Source: a virus. From it: 41,984 nucleotides of DNA. The notes under the pieces are model-generated. The model had not been told where the DNA came from. It saw nothing but the letters and a program-made list of their open reading frames with translations, and made no database searches. The stretch lies in the IMG/VR virus record IMGVR_UViG_3300045988_127013; one strand, given 5' to 3'. Every line of letters starts with the position of its first letter. Position 1 is the first letter of the stretch. The translations under genes were made by a program, and so were the position numbers. Shown one piece after another: positions 27,715 through 35,347 of the stretch.

Positions 27715-28931
27715 TGAGTGAACCAAAAACGCTTACATACCATAGCAAGCTGGTTGGTGTTACATTCGAGGGACGACAAGATGTAATCAAATCTCTTCGC
27801 GGTAAAGAGCCGCTGCGAGTTCGCCGTGAGAAAGATAATAAATATGACCCACGGGCTGTTGCTGTTGATGTCTACAAAGACGACGAGTGGATTCCTATTG
27901 GCTACATCGCCAAGGATAAAAATAAAGACATTAGCGAAACCCTGGACGCCGGCAACACAGTGTATATTTCTATCGGTGACATCACGGGTGGCGGGGATAG
28001 GTCATACGGGGTGAACATTTCGCTTGAGTACAAGTTAACAGAGGAAGAGGCTCCAGAAGCTCGTGAGAGCGTCCCTAGCAAGGCTGAAACCCTCAAGGTG
28101 CTTAATTACCTCACTAAGGCTATTGAGGGGGCTCAGAACGGCTCTAAACACGCCACAGAGGCATATACGTCGCCATTGACTGGTGAAACTATTGAGCTTG
28201 AAGTTGTGAATGGTCATAAAGAGCTCAAGGGCTTTATGAGCGGAAGCAAATTCCCTGAGCAATTCTACCAGCCGTTTGATCGTGAGGGCATCCTCACCGC
28301 TATGGCCGAAAAGTACAATGTTGATGCTGATGCTATTGAGGCAATGTGGAATCTAAACAATGAAGCTTCTACTGGCTATGGCACAGCAATTCATGCAGCC
28401 CTTGAGAACTATGACCGAAACTTTAAGCTTGGTGACAAGACAAAGTTTGTTAAAGAGTTTAAAACAAAGCCGACAGAGTATGGCCCTAACCGAGCGTTGA
28501 GTAAGAATCCATTCATCAAAAAGATTGTTGAAGATTTCCAAGATAAATTCGGCGGAGACTACGAGAGGTTGTCTGAAGTATTTATTTGGGATGCTGGGTT
28601 AAAGTTGTGTGGGTCTATTGACCGACTGGTGGTTGTTGATCGCAAGAAAAAGATTGTCCGTATTCAGGACTTTAAAACTGATGGTAATATCCATGAGAAG
28701 AAATACCAGCTTGCCGATAGTCCGTTTAAGGACAAAATCGGCAATGAGTTGCTTGATTATCACTGGTTGCAATTAAGTTTCTATGCATTCTTACTCGAGA
28801 TTAAGGGCTATACCGTGGAGGGGCTAGATATTTACTGGCTCAACCCCGAGAAACTCTGTCGCGGTGAGAACGCCTGGGAAGAGTTTAGTAGTAAGCCAAT
28901 TGACATTCGGGAGGTGATCATCAATGGATAA
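27714..28931 (+). CDS. HIRAN domain - RecB-like (PD-(D/E)XK, Cas4-like) nuclease fusion, 405 aa
   Basis: N-terminal VGVTFEGRQ...REKDNKYDPRAVAV...IGYI fits the HIRAN fold; C-terminal GTAIHAALE, GSIDRLVVVD and IQDFKTD match RecB-family nuclease motifs I-III. Confidence 0.65.
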   Translation: MSEPKTLTYHSKLVGVTFEGRQDVIKSLRGKEPLRVRREKDNKYDPRAVAVDVYKDDEWIPIGYIAKDKNKDISETLDAGNTVYISIGDITGGGDRSYGVNISLEYKLTEEEAPEARESVPSKAETLKVLNYLTKAIEGAQNGSKHATEAYTSPLTGETIELEVVNGHKELKGFMSGSKFPEQFYQPFDREGILTAMAEKYNVDADAIEAMWNLNNEASTGYGTAIHAALENYDRNFKLGDKTKFVKEFKTKPTEYGPNRALSKNPFIKKIVEDFQDKFGGDYERLSEVFIWDAGLKLCGSIDRLVVVDRKKKIVRIQDFKTDGNIHEKKYQLADSPFKDKIGNELLDYHWLQLSFYAFLLEIKGYTVEGLDIYWLNPEKLCRGENAWEEFSSKPIDIREVIING

Positions 28932-28984
28932 CATTGAATATGAAGACCCAGAAAAAGTAATCGCAATTTTAAAAGGAGAAGAAG

Positions 28985-29512
28985 GTGCGACTGATAAGTA
29001 AATTTAAAAAGCAAACCAAGGAAAGCTTCAAGGGTGTAGCCAGCGATATTATGCAGCTTGCTGTAATGCAAAATGAGATTATCGAGAGGTATAACGGCCT
29101 AGCTGATGACTATGCACGTCTGAAGCGACACATCTCAAACAACGGGCTGTGGGGTGTAGTTAAGAAACTACGTGCCGAGTTCGAAGAGCTACGTGGCCAC
29201 ACAGCTGTGATGATTACAGAGCATGACCGACAGCTCCGTGAGCTTGAAACTAACGGTGTTGCAACGGCAATCAACCGACTGAACGAAGAAGTGTTCGGTA
29301 AAAGCAAGAAGACCGGCAGCGGACTTGAGCGAGCGATTCTGTCTATGAACGGTATCTCACCACGTGAGGAAGCAACCCTTGCAGCCAAGGTAGACGCTAT
29401 CATTGAGCATCTTGGTATCGAAGTTAATGTCGAACCTGAAAAGGTTGTTAAGACACCAGCTAAGATTGTTGCTAAGAAAGTTAAGAAAACTACTAAGAAA
29501 GGGAGTAAATAA
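28985..29512 (+). CDS. hypothetical protein with Lys-rich C-terminal tail (175 aa), GTG start
   Basis: AAAGGAGAAG RBS then GTG; C-terminus KIVAKKVKKTTKKGSK suggests nucleic-acid binding. Confidence 0.5.
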   Translation: MRLISKFKKQTKESFKGVASDIMQLAVMQNEIIERYNGLADDYARLKRHISNNGLWGVVKKLRAEFEELRGHTAVMITEHDRQLRELETNGVATAINRLNEEVFGKSKKTGSGLERAILSMNGISPREEATLAAKVDAIIEHLGIEVNVEPEKVVKTPAKIVAKKVKKTTKKGSK

Positions 29513-29952
29513 TGCCACAAGTTTGGAAAGTATCAAAAGCGTTTCAGTCAACTAACCGCGAAACAGGCGAGCCTGATGTTATCAAAACTAAGAGTGGAGA
29601 CATGCATAAATTTATGGTGCAGGTCGAGAATCAGCCTGTTGATGGTTGGTTGCAGCTTCTAAAGAAGATTGGTAACAAGGTTGAAAAGGGCGATGAACTC
29701 TATGGCGATATCTTAGAAAATAACTATGGTAAACCACAATATGTTCGTGCAGACCGACCACAGGAAATGCGAACCAGCAGCAGTCAAGCAAAAGCACAGC
29801 CATCAGGAGAACTAGAGGCTAAGGTTGATTACCTTATTTCTCTAGTTGAGAACTTTCTCGACGCTCAGGGTGGCAAAAAACCAGCAGGAGCTACTAACAG
29901 CTCTAAGGCTGGTGACGATGCCCCAGCAGACTTGACTAGCCTTGACTTTTAG
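29512..29952 (+). CDS. hypothetical protein (146 aa)
   Basis: ATGccacaa overlapping the upstream stop; GGGAG RBS. Confidence 0.5.
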   Translation: MPQVWKVSKAFQSTNRETGEPDVIKTKSGDMHKFMVQVENQPVDGWLQLLKKIGNKVEKGDELYGDILENNYGKPQYVRADRPQEMRTSSSQAKAQPSGELEAKVDYLISLVENFLDAQGGKKPAGATNSSKAGDDAPADLTSLDF

Positions 29953-29964
29953 GAGGTCGGTGAT

Positions 29965-30384
29965 ATGGAAGAGCTGCTACAAAAAATACAATACATCAAT
30001 GAAAAGTTCTCAGATGCAGAATGGCTGAAGTCTCAAAACGGAAACGTCCTGAGTTACACGGCAATGAAACTGGCAGCGATGAAAGGCTACCTTATTGATG
30101 TTAAGGCAAATGCGCAGATGGACATGCTCAAGGCAGAGACTAATATGGAGACTGAAAAGGGCAAAGCATATCTGAAGATGAAAGAGGAGCATGGTGCCAC
30201 TGCAGCTATTGACGCAAAGAATACCGTGGAAGAATATATAGCTGCTAAGAATGAGTATGCAGAAAAGCGGGTGAACTATGAGAGGTTGAAAGGTGTTGTT
30301 GCAGACACCCACGACCTTATTGAGGCGATCCGCAGTCGGGTTATTGACCTACAGGGTGCTCGTAAAGATGAGGGAATCCGTTAG
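29965..30384 (+). CDS. hypothetical coiled-coil protein (139 aa)
   Basis: AGGAGG RBS. Confidence 0.5.
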   Translation: MEELLQKIQYINEKFSDAEWLKSQNGNVLSYTAMKLAAMKGYLIDVKANAQMDMLKAETNMETEKGKAYLKMKEEHGATAAIDAKNTVEEYIAAKNEYAEKRVNYERLKGVVADTHDLIEAIRSRVIDLQGARKDEGIR

Positions 30385-30659
30385 TGGGGTTTCAGGACAT
30401 GGTGGAGGTTGTTCATAAGGCAGCCTCCTCCAAGGGCGGAAAGATCAGAGGCAGGAAAGGATTAGCGGCCATGTCGCCTGAAAAGCGACGTGAGATACAG
30501 TCTAAAGGAGGTAAGGCTAGACATGGAGATAACGATAGAAAAGCGACCAAGCAGGCGCAAGGTAGTGGACGTAGAGATCCATCAGTCCTGGAAACAATAC
30601 TTGGAGGTATAGATGGAGATAACGATATTCGGGCAAACACCGAGTCAAAAAAACAATAA
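30384..30659 (+). CDS. KGG-repeat stress-protein-like small basic protein (91 aa)
   Basis: Repeats SKGGKIRG, EKRREIQSKGGKARHG, GSGRRD resemble the bacterial KGG general-stress motif (YciG/con-10 family). Confidence 0.5.
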   Translation: MGFQDMVEVVHKAASSKGGKIRGRKGLAAMSPEKRREIQSKGGKARHGDNDRKATKQAQGSGRRDPSVLETILGGIDGDNDIRANTESKKQ

Positions 30660-30987
30660 ACAAATTATCCCATCGAAGCCTCCGCGATTGGTGGACAACG
30701 CTATTGTTAAGAAATGGCGAAAAGAGACCTCTGAGTATTTAAGTGACACCTACAAGGACAACCTTAGGGGAAAACAAGTGGTCGCAATCTATACCTTTTA
30801 TTTGAAAGATCGTGTCAGGAGGGACATTGATAACATGATTAGCTCGTGTAATGATGCTCTTGTTGAATCTGGTATATTATCAGATGACAATTGGAAAGTG
30901 TTGCGTATAGGTGGAGCAGAGGCGACCGTAGATAAAGATAACCCTCGGGCTGAGATCGTATTAGTTGAGGATGAATGGGATGTTTGA
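30613..30987 (+). CDS. rusA: RusA-like Holliday junction resolvase (124 aa)
   Basis: GQTPSQKN near the N-terminus and DIDNMISSCNDALVESGILSDD matching the RusA D.DN...DAL..G...DD catalytic signature. Confidence 0.6.
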   Translation: MEITIFGQTPSQKNNKQIIPSKPPRLVDNAIVKKWRKETSEYLSDTYKDNLRGKQVVAIYTFYLKDRVRRDIDNMISSCNDALVESGILSDDNWKVLRIGGAEATVDKDNPRAEIVLVEDEWDV

Positions 30988-31282
30988 TTATGAAAGATAC
31001 AAAACAAGCGAGGGAGCATGGCTCGCGTTCAGGAAAAGGTGGCTCAGAGACAACCCGCCACTGGATAATGGCTATTACATGTGCGGGATTTGTGGTGATT
31101 GGGTTAGAGCGAGTGAAGTCACACTTGACCACATTGAGCCTAGAACGGCAGAGAACATCTATTCGGCTAGTAATATTCAACCAGCCCATGGATCTTGCAA
31201 TTATCACAAAGGATCGCGAAGGATTCGGCCAAAAGTAGACAAAGATACTTACAAGTTCTTAAGCTTTTTAAGCGATATATAG
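30965..31282 (+). CDS. HNH endonuclease (105 aa)
   Basis: CGICGDW...LDHIEP...HGSCNYHKG: HNH with zinc-binding Cys pairs. Confidence 0.7.
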   Translation: MRMNGMFDYERYKTSEGAWLAFRKRWLRDNPPLDNGYYMCGICGDWVRASEVTLDHIEPRTAENIYSASNIQPAHGSCNYHKGSRRIRPKVDKDTYKFLSFLSDI

Positions 31283-31289
31283 GAGTGTT

Positions 31290-31427
31290 ATGAAAAAGAA
31301 ATTACCGTTCGTTAAATGGTTTATCAAGAAAAACAACGTTGAACATCAGAATAGGATCCGCATTGCTAAGGCGACAAACAGGGGTGATAAGGCATTCCTT
31401 GGCAAGAATGTAAATTCTACAACATAA
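31290..31427 (+). CDS. possible 45-aa basic peptide
   Basis: TAGGAG RBS 4 nt before ATG; MKKKLPFVKWFIKKNN...; its 3' end coincides with the conserved promoter box; speculative. Confidence 0.3.
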   Translation: MKKKLPFVKWFIKKNNVEHQNRIRIAKATNRGDKAFLGKNVNSTT

Positions 31428-31472
31428 AATTCAGGAAAAACTATTGACTTTTTGAACAAGGTGTGCTAGTAT
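31410..31472 (+). promoter_or_regulatory. promoter cassette P4: box GTAAATTCTACAACA, 19 nt, TTGACT-17-GTGTGCTAGTAT
   Basis: Near-identical to P3 cassette; followed by RBS TAGGGGG and ATG 31494. Confidence 0.55.
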
Positions 31473-31493
31473 TAAATAGTAGGGGGAAATATT

Positions 31494-31844
31494 ATGAGTC
31501 GAAACGTTGACAAGCCCCTCTATACAGCGACGCATATGTATATTCAAAAGAAGTATGGGGCAGAAAAGACTAGCTGTGAAAAGTGCGGTCATGATGGCTC
31601 TAAGGTCCGTCTAGAGTGGGCTAATATTTCCAAAGAATATAAGCGTGAACGAGACGACTGGATGGTGCTATGCGTACCATGTCATAGACGATATGACCTG
31701 AAGACCAGTTGTAAGAATGGTCACGAATTTACGGTTGATAACATTTATATATTATCAACTAGGCCGACAGTAAGGAATTGTAAAAGATGCCAAGCTGATG
31801 CGCAGCGACGCTATATAGAGAGGAGGCGAAATGTCCAGGATTAA
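31494..31844 (+). CDS. HNH homing endonuclease (116 aa)
   Basis: CEKCG...EWANISKEY...DDWMVLCVPCHRRYD plus C-terminal CxxGH...CKRC zinc ribbon. Confidence 0.65.
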   Translation: MSRNVDKPLYTATHMYIQKKYGAEKTSCEKCGHDGSKVRLEWANISKEYKRERDDWMVLCVPCHRRYDLKTSCKNGHEFTVDNIYILSTRPTVRNCKRCQADAQRRYIERRRNVQD

Positions 31845-31934
31845 ATCACTGGTTCCACAATCGGTTAATGAATTTGACGAAATTGACTTCGGAGAACAAG
31901 CTAGGGCCTAGCGAGGCCAGATGGATATAAAGGC

Positions 31935-32648
31935 TTGGGAAGTCTATCCCACTTTATATTAGTTAACGAAAGGCACATTATTAGTACCAAATTAAATTGG
32001 CTACGCAGCCGCTCACTATACATTGTGGTTGCTATCCTAATCACACTGAACATCATTATGCTTACAAAGCATACAGAGACTACTAACACATTATCTAGTG
32101 TACAGGCTCAGGTGGTTGAAGAAAAACAGGCCCGTCAGACCGTTTATAAGCGTCTGTCAGAGCTTAAAACTGAAAAGATAGCTACTGATACATCTCTACG
32201 GGAAGAACGCCTGAAAACGGCCGAGAAAGAAAAAGAGATAGAATCGTTAAAAGAGAACTTGCAAGCTAAGAAAGAGCGAGAGGCTGAACAAGCCAGACTA
32301 GCTTCAGCACAGAGGGCACCGGTGCAAGAAACAGTGGCGCAGAATAAGCCAGCACCTGCCGTACAAGTAACTGGAGACAAACACTCTTGGCTTGCAGCTA
32401 GTGGAATACCACAAGCTCACTGGGGTTATGTGGATTCTATTGTATCTCGTGAATCCAGCTGGAATCCAAACGCAGTAAATGCCTCCTCTGGAGCATGTGG
32501 ACTAGGCCAACAACTACCTTGTGGTAAATGGGCTGGGCAGTGGAATAATCCCATACACGCCCTTCGTGCCATGAACCAATATGTATTGGCTAGATACGGA
32601 AGCTGGCAAAACGCCGTTGGGTTTTGGAATAAAAATCATTGGTATTAG
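31935..32648 (+). CDS. membrane-anchored lytic transglycosylase (SLT domain), about 237 aa; start codon uncertain (TTG at 31935 or downstream GTG)
   Basis: TM segment LYIVVAILITLNIIML, coiled-coil linker, C-terminal ESSWNPNAVNASSGACGLGQQ matching the SLT catalytic E-S...GLMQ motif. Confidence 0.6.
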   Translation: MGSLSHFILVNERHIISTKLNWLRSRSLYIVVAILITLNIIMLTKHTETTNTLSSVQAQVVEEKQARQTVYKRLSELKTEKIATDTSLREERLKTAEKEKEIESLKENLQAKKEREAEQARLASAQRAPVQETVAQNKPAPAVQVTGDKHSWLAASGIPQAHWGYVDSIVSRESSWNPNAVNASSGACGLGQQLPCGKWAGQWNNPIHALRAMNQYVLARYGSWQNAVGFWNKNHWY

Positions 32649-32657
32649 TGTAGTAAT

Positions 32658-33086
32658 ATGAAGAAATGCAATAGGTGTAAGAAAGAGTTAGATACTTCTT
32701 CGTTCTGGAGGAACATGCGCTCCATAGACGGTCTTAACAACTGGTGCAAGTCGTGCTGGTATGAGAACGACAAGAAGAAAAAAGGAACTCCCAAGTACCG
32801 AGAGCAAAAACATCGCTCTGAGATAAAATATATGTACGGCATCAGCTATGAACAGTATGGGGACATGCTGTCAAAGCAGAATGGTGTATGTGCTATATGC
32901 CAGACTACTTCTGACACTAACCTATGCGTAGACCACGACCACTCCTGCTGTGTTGGCAAGAAGTCGTGCGGTAATTGTGTCAGGGGCTTACTTTGCCATA
33001 ATTGCAATCGTGCTCTAGGGTTATTGGGGGGCAGAATTGACTTACTGCATTCCGCTATACAATACCTTAAATCCAACATGGAATGA
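32658..33086 (+). CDS. HNH homing endonuclease (142 aa) inserted at the 3' end of the SLT gene
   Basis: Paired CxxC zinc motifs (CNRCKK, CKSCW) and an HNH core CAICQTT...LCVDHDH...NCVRGLLCHNCNRALG; flanked on both sides by copies of the SLT 3' end. Confidence 0.7.
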   Translation: MKKCNRCKKELDTSSFWRNMRSIDGLNNWCKSCWYENDKKKKGTPKYREQKHRSEIKYMYGISYEQYGDMLSKQNGVCAICQTTSDTNLCVDHDHSCCVGKKSCGNCVRGLLCHNCNRALGLLGGRIDLLHSAIQYLKSNME

Positions 33087-33186
33087 CCCAGTAGCAGCAT
33101 TGAGAGCAATGAATGGCTATGTGAACGGACGCTATGGCGGATGGCCACAGGCTGTTGCATTCTGGAACTCTAACGGCTATTACTAG
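33079..33186 (+). pseudogene. divergent duplicate of the SLT gene 3' end (about 35 codons)
   Basis: Translation TWNDPVAALRAMNGYVNGRYGGWPQAVAFWNSNGYY* parallels the real SLT C-terminus QWNNPIHALRAMNQYVLARYGSWQNAVGFWNKNHWY*; no upstream ORF in frame. Confidence 0.6.
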
Positions 33187-33264
33187 CAGTATGGGGACCC
33201 CTATCGGATAAGACGTGGGGATAAGAGCTAGTGAACAACCCTTTGTGGTGTCCCGCTGCAGCCC

Positions 33265-33297
33265 GTGTGAGATTAACCCCTCACACCTTTATTTATT
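33265..33297 (+). terminator. rho-independent terminator
   Basis: 7-bp stem GTGTGAG/CTCACAC, 8-nt loop, followed by CTTTATTTATT. Confidence 0.65.
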
Positions 33298-33362
33298 ACC
33301 TCGTACCTGTAGCAAACGAGCAAGCAGGTGCTGTACAGCGAGGTCGGCCCGTCGGGGCTTAG

Positions 33363-33437
33363 GGCGGATGGTAGGTGTGGTCATCTTATCGGTCTCATAA
33401 GCCGATCAACCAAGTTCGATTCTTGGGTCCGCAACCA
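33363..33437 (+). tRNA. tRNA-Met (anticodon CAT; could be Met elongator or Ile-lysidine type), CCA encoded
   Basis: T-arm CCAAG-TTCGATT-CTTGG; anticodon stem TCGGT/GCCGA with loop CTCATAA; D-loop TGTGGTCA; acceptor GGCGGAT/GTCCGCA with a G1-A72 mismatch; folded by eye. Confidence 0.55.
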
Positions 33438-33440
33438 GAT

Positions 33441-33520
33441 GGGGCATAAACGGTCAGACCGGGTGTTAACTCCTGCATTAGGCAGCGCCCGGCACGAGGG
33501 TTCGATTCCCTCATGCCCCT
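33441..33520 (+). ncRNA. tRNA-like element: intact acceptor stem and T-arm but no canonical anticodon arm (degenerate tRNA or tRNA-derived element)
   Basis: Acceptor GGGGCAT/ATGCCCC pairs perfectly; T-arm GAGGG-TTCGATT-CCCTC; exhaustive check of 5-bp stem/7-nt loop in the interior found none; 80 nt. Confidence 0.45.
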
Positions 33521-33628
33521 AACAAGCATTAAATAAGGTGGAGTATGCCGTATAAAGATAGAGTCAAGCAGCTTGAGTTTCAAAAAGTGCACTAAGCAAA
33601 CAAGACATTTGAACGTCGGTTTATTGTA

Positions 33629-33868
33629 TTGGAGTTTCTTGGTGGTGAATGTGTTGAGTGTGGTGAATCCGACAAGCGATGCTTGCAGATAGACCATATA
33701 GAGCCCATACTCAGGAAGCCTGGAGACACTAAATATGGATATAAAACAGTGTTAGATGTTTATATGGATAGGGAAGCTACCGAAAATTTACAGATACTCT
33801 GTGCGAACTGTCACTGCAAAAAGACAGGGAGTATAGATAAGTTTAAGTTTTCGAGCTGGAAATCGTAA
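33629..33868 (+). CDS. HNH endonuclease (79 aa), TTG start
   Basis: CVECG...IDHIEP...NLQILCANCHCKK; sits between tRNA genes. Confidence 0.65.
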   Translation: MEFLGGECVECGESDKRCLQIDHIEPILRKPGDTKYGYKTVLDVYMDREATENLQILCANCHCKKTGSIDKFKFSSWKS

Positions 33869-33885
33869 CATGCTCCACCAAATAA

Positions 33886-33960
33886 GGCTGCATGGTATAG
33901 TGGTTATTACATGCCCCTGTCACGGGTAAGACACGAGTTCAATTCTCGTTGCGGTCGCCA
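33886..33960 (+). tRNA. tRNA-Asp (anticodon GTC), CCA encoded
   Basis: Acceptor GGCTGCA/TGCGGTC (two G-U pairs); anticodon stem TGCCC/GGGTA, loop CTGTCAC; T-arm ACGAG-TTCAATT-CTCGT; discriminator G. Confidence 0.6.
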
Positions 33961-34181
33961 AAATAAGCACATAATAGTATTGCACCGACTAAACAGGCGC
34001 AGCACAGCCTGGACTCTCTGACCAAGAGTAGGGAAATAGACGAACAAGGGTTGGGAGCCCCAAGCGAGTAGAAAATGTCGATTATTGGTCACGACTATAC
34101 TCGTAAAACATTGTGTGCTTAGAGGTTTATGTGTGGGATAAATTGGCGCAGCGACCCCGAAAAATGTCTGCGCCTCCATAA

Positions 34182-34255
34182 CAGGGTAAGGTGTTACGGT
34201 AGCACATGTGGTCTGGAACCATGAAGCCCAGGTTCAACTCCTGGTACCCTGACCA
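34182..34255 (+). tRNA. tRNA, probably Pro (anticodon TGG), CCA encoded; anticodon assignment uncertain
   Basis: Acceptor CAGGGTA/TACCCTG, D-arm GTGT-TACGGTA-GCAC, T-arm CCAGG-TTCAACT-CCTGG; anticodon stem TGTGG/CCATG (two G-U) with loop TCTGGAA (position 33 is C, atypical). Confidence 0.45.
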
Positions 34256-34340
34256 AAATTAAGAGAAGAAGATGGGGAGATGGACGATTACGAATATGAA
34301 TTATTGAACATGTCTCAGGAAGAAATGGAGCAGATAGCTA

Positions 34341-35102
34341 ATGGAGATGGTTCCGAAGATATTGATTTATGATCTGGAAGTTAGCCCAACATTGGGCTGG
34401 ACATATGGTCTCTACAAAACAAATGTTATTAAGGTAGAGCAAAATCCTAGTATTATGAGTATTAGCTGGCGGTGGTACGGCGAAGATGTTACACATCACG
34501 AAAGCCTAGCTACCATTCCTCGAAAGGGACGAACTAGTGCAAATCTTGCTCTTGTTAAGCTTATACACAGACTGTTTGATGAAGCTGATATTGTCGTGGC
34601 GCACAATGCTAACAGGTTTGATAACAAGGTTGCAACCGCAAGCTTTCTGAGGTATAATCTAGCACCGCCATCACCGTATAAGACTGTGGATACTTTATCG
34701 GTGGCACGAAGTGTTGCGCGGTTTAATAGTAATAGCCTTGATAGCCTCGGTAAGTTATTTGAAGTTGGTTCTAAGACTGAGGTCACCCATGGAGATTTAT
34801 GGTATAGATGCTTGACGGGAGATAAAAAGGCCTGGGACCAGTTAAGAGAATATAATAATCAAGATGTTGATCTGCTATATTTAATCTATGAACGCCTAAG
34901 GCCGTACATTAAGAACCACCCTAACATCGGTGACCTAGCACAAATCGACGGGGTTTGCCCGAAGTGTGGAAGTAACAATCTTGAGCGACGTGGTTTCAAT
35001 ATGAGACGCAATGGTAAGGTTCAGCGCTTTCAGTGTAAGTCGTGTGGCGGATGGACAAATGAAGCTAAGCTTAATAAAAAAGGCAGACTAGTTAACGCAT
35101 AA
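34341..35102 (+). CDS. DEDDy-type 3'-5' exonuclease with C-terminal zinc ribbon (253 aa)
   Basis: Exo I IYDLEVS, Exo II VVAHNANRFD, Exo III YNNQDVDLL; C-terminal CPKCG...CKSCGG. Confidence 0.7.
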   Translation: MEMVPKILIYDLEVSPTLGWTYGLYKTNVIKVEQNPSIMSISWRWYGEDVTHHESLATIPRKGRTSANLALVKLIHRLFDEADIVVAHNANRFDNKVATASFLRYNLAPPSPYKTVDTLSVARSVARFNSNSLDSLGKLFEVGSKTEVTHGDLWYRCLTGDKKAWDQLREYNNQDVDLLYLIYERLRPYIKNHPNIGDLAQIDGVCPKCGSNNLERRGFNMRRNGKVQRFQCKSCGGWTNEAKLNKKGRLVNA

Positions 35103-35124
35103 TAATATAGAAAGGAGTGCAGCG

Positions 35125-35337
35125 ATGAGTGAATACGCATCGGGTATCAATAATTGGCCGGACAATCAGCCGGCATTACCAGACATGGAGCTGGTTAATA
35201 TTATTAGGAATATGCCCCCAGAGGAGCGCATGGAGAACAAGCGACGGTGGCTTGATGAAATATCAGAGCGTGAAATGCTGTGTCGATTGGTTGATGATGC
35301 AAATAAGGCTGATGGGCTAGACCTAGAACTAGATTAA
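35125..35337 (+). CDS. hypothetical acidic protein (70 aa)
   Basis: AAAGGAG RBS. Confidence 0.5.
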   Translation: MSEYASGINNWPDNQPALPDMELVNIIRNMPPEERMENKRRWLDEISEREMLCRLVDDANKADGLDLELD

Positions 35338-35347
35338 ATGGTGGTAT

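Noticed and set aside
33363-33520. tRNA 3' fragment as a phage attP core for integration into a host tRNA gene
   Set aside because: No integrase, excisionase or repressor gene was found anywhere in the genome, and tRNA-Met is complete; lifestyle appears strictly lytic.
34000-34180. Hairpin GGCGCAG...CTGCGCC (34146..34178) between tRNA-Asp and tRNA-Pro as a terminator or extra tRNA
   Set aside because: No T-loop motif and no U-tract; 16-nt loop; probably an incidental stem or processing site.
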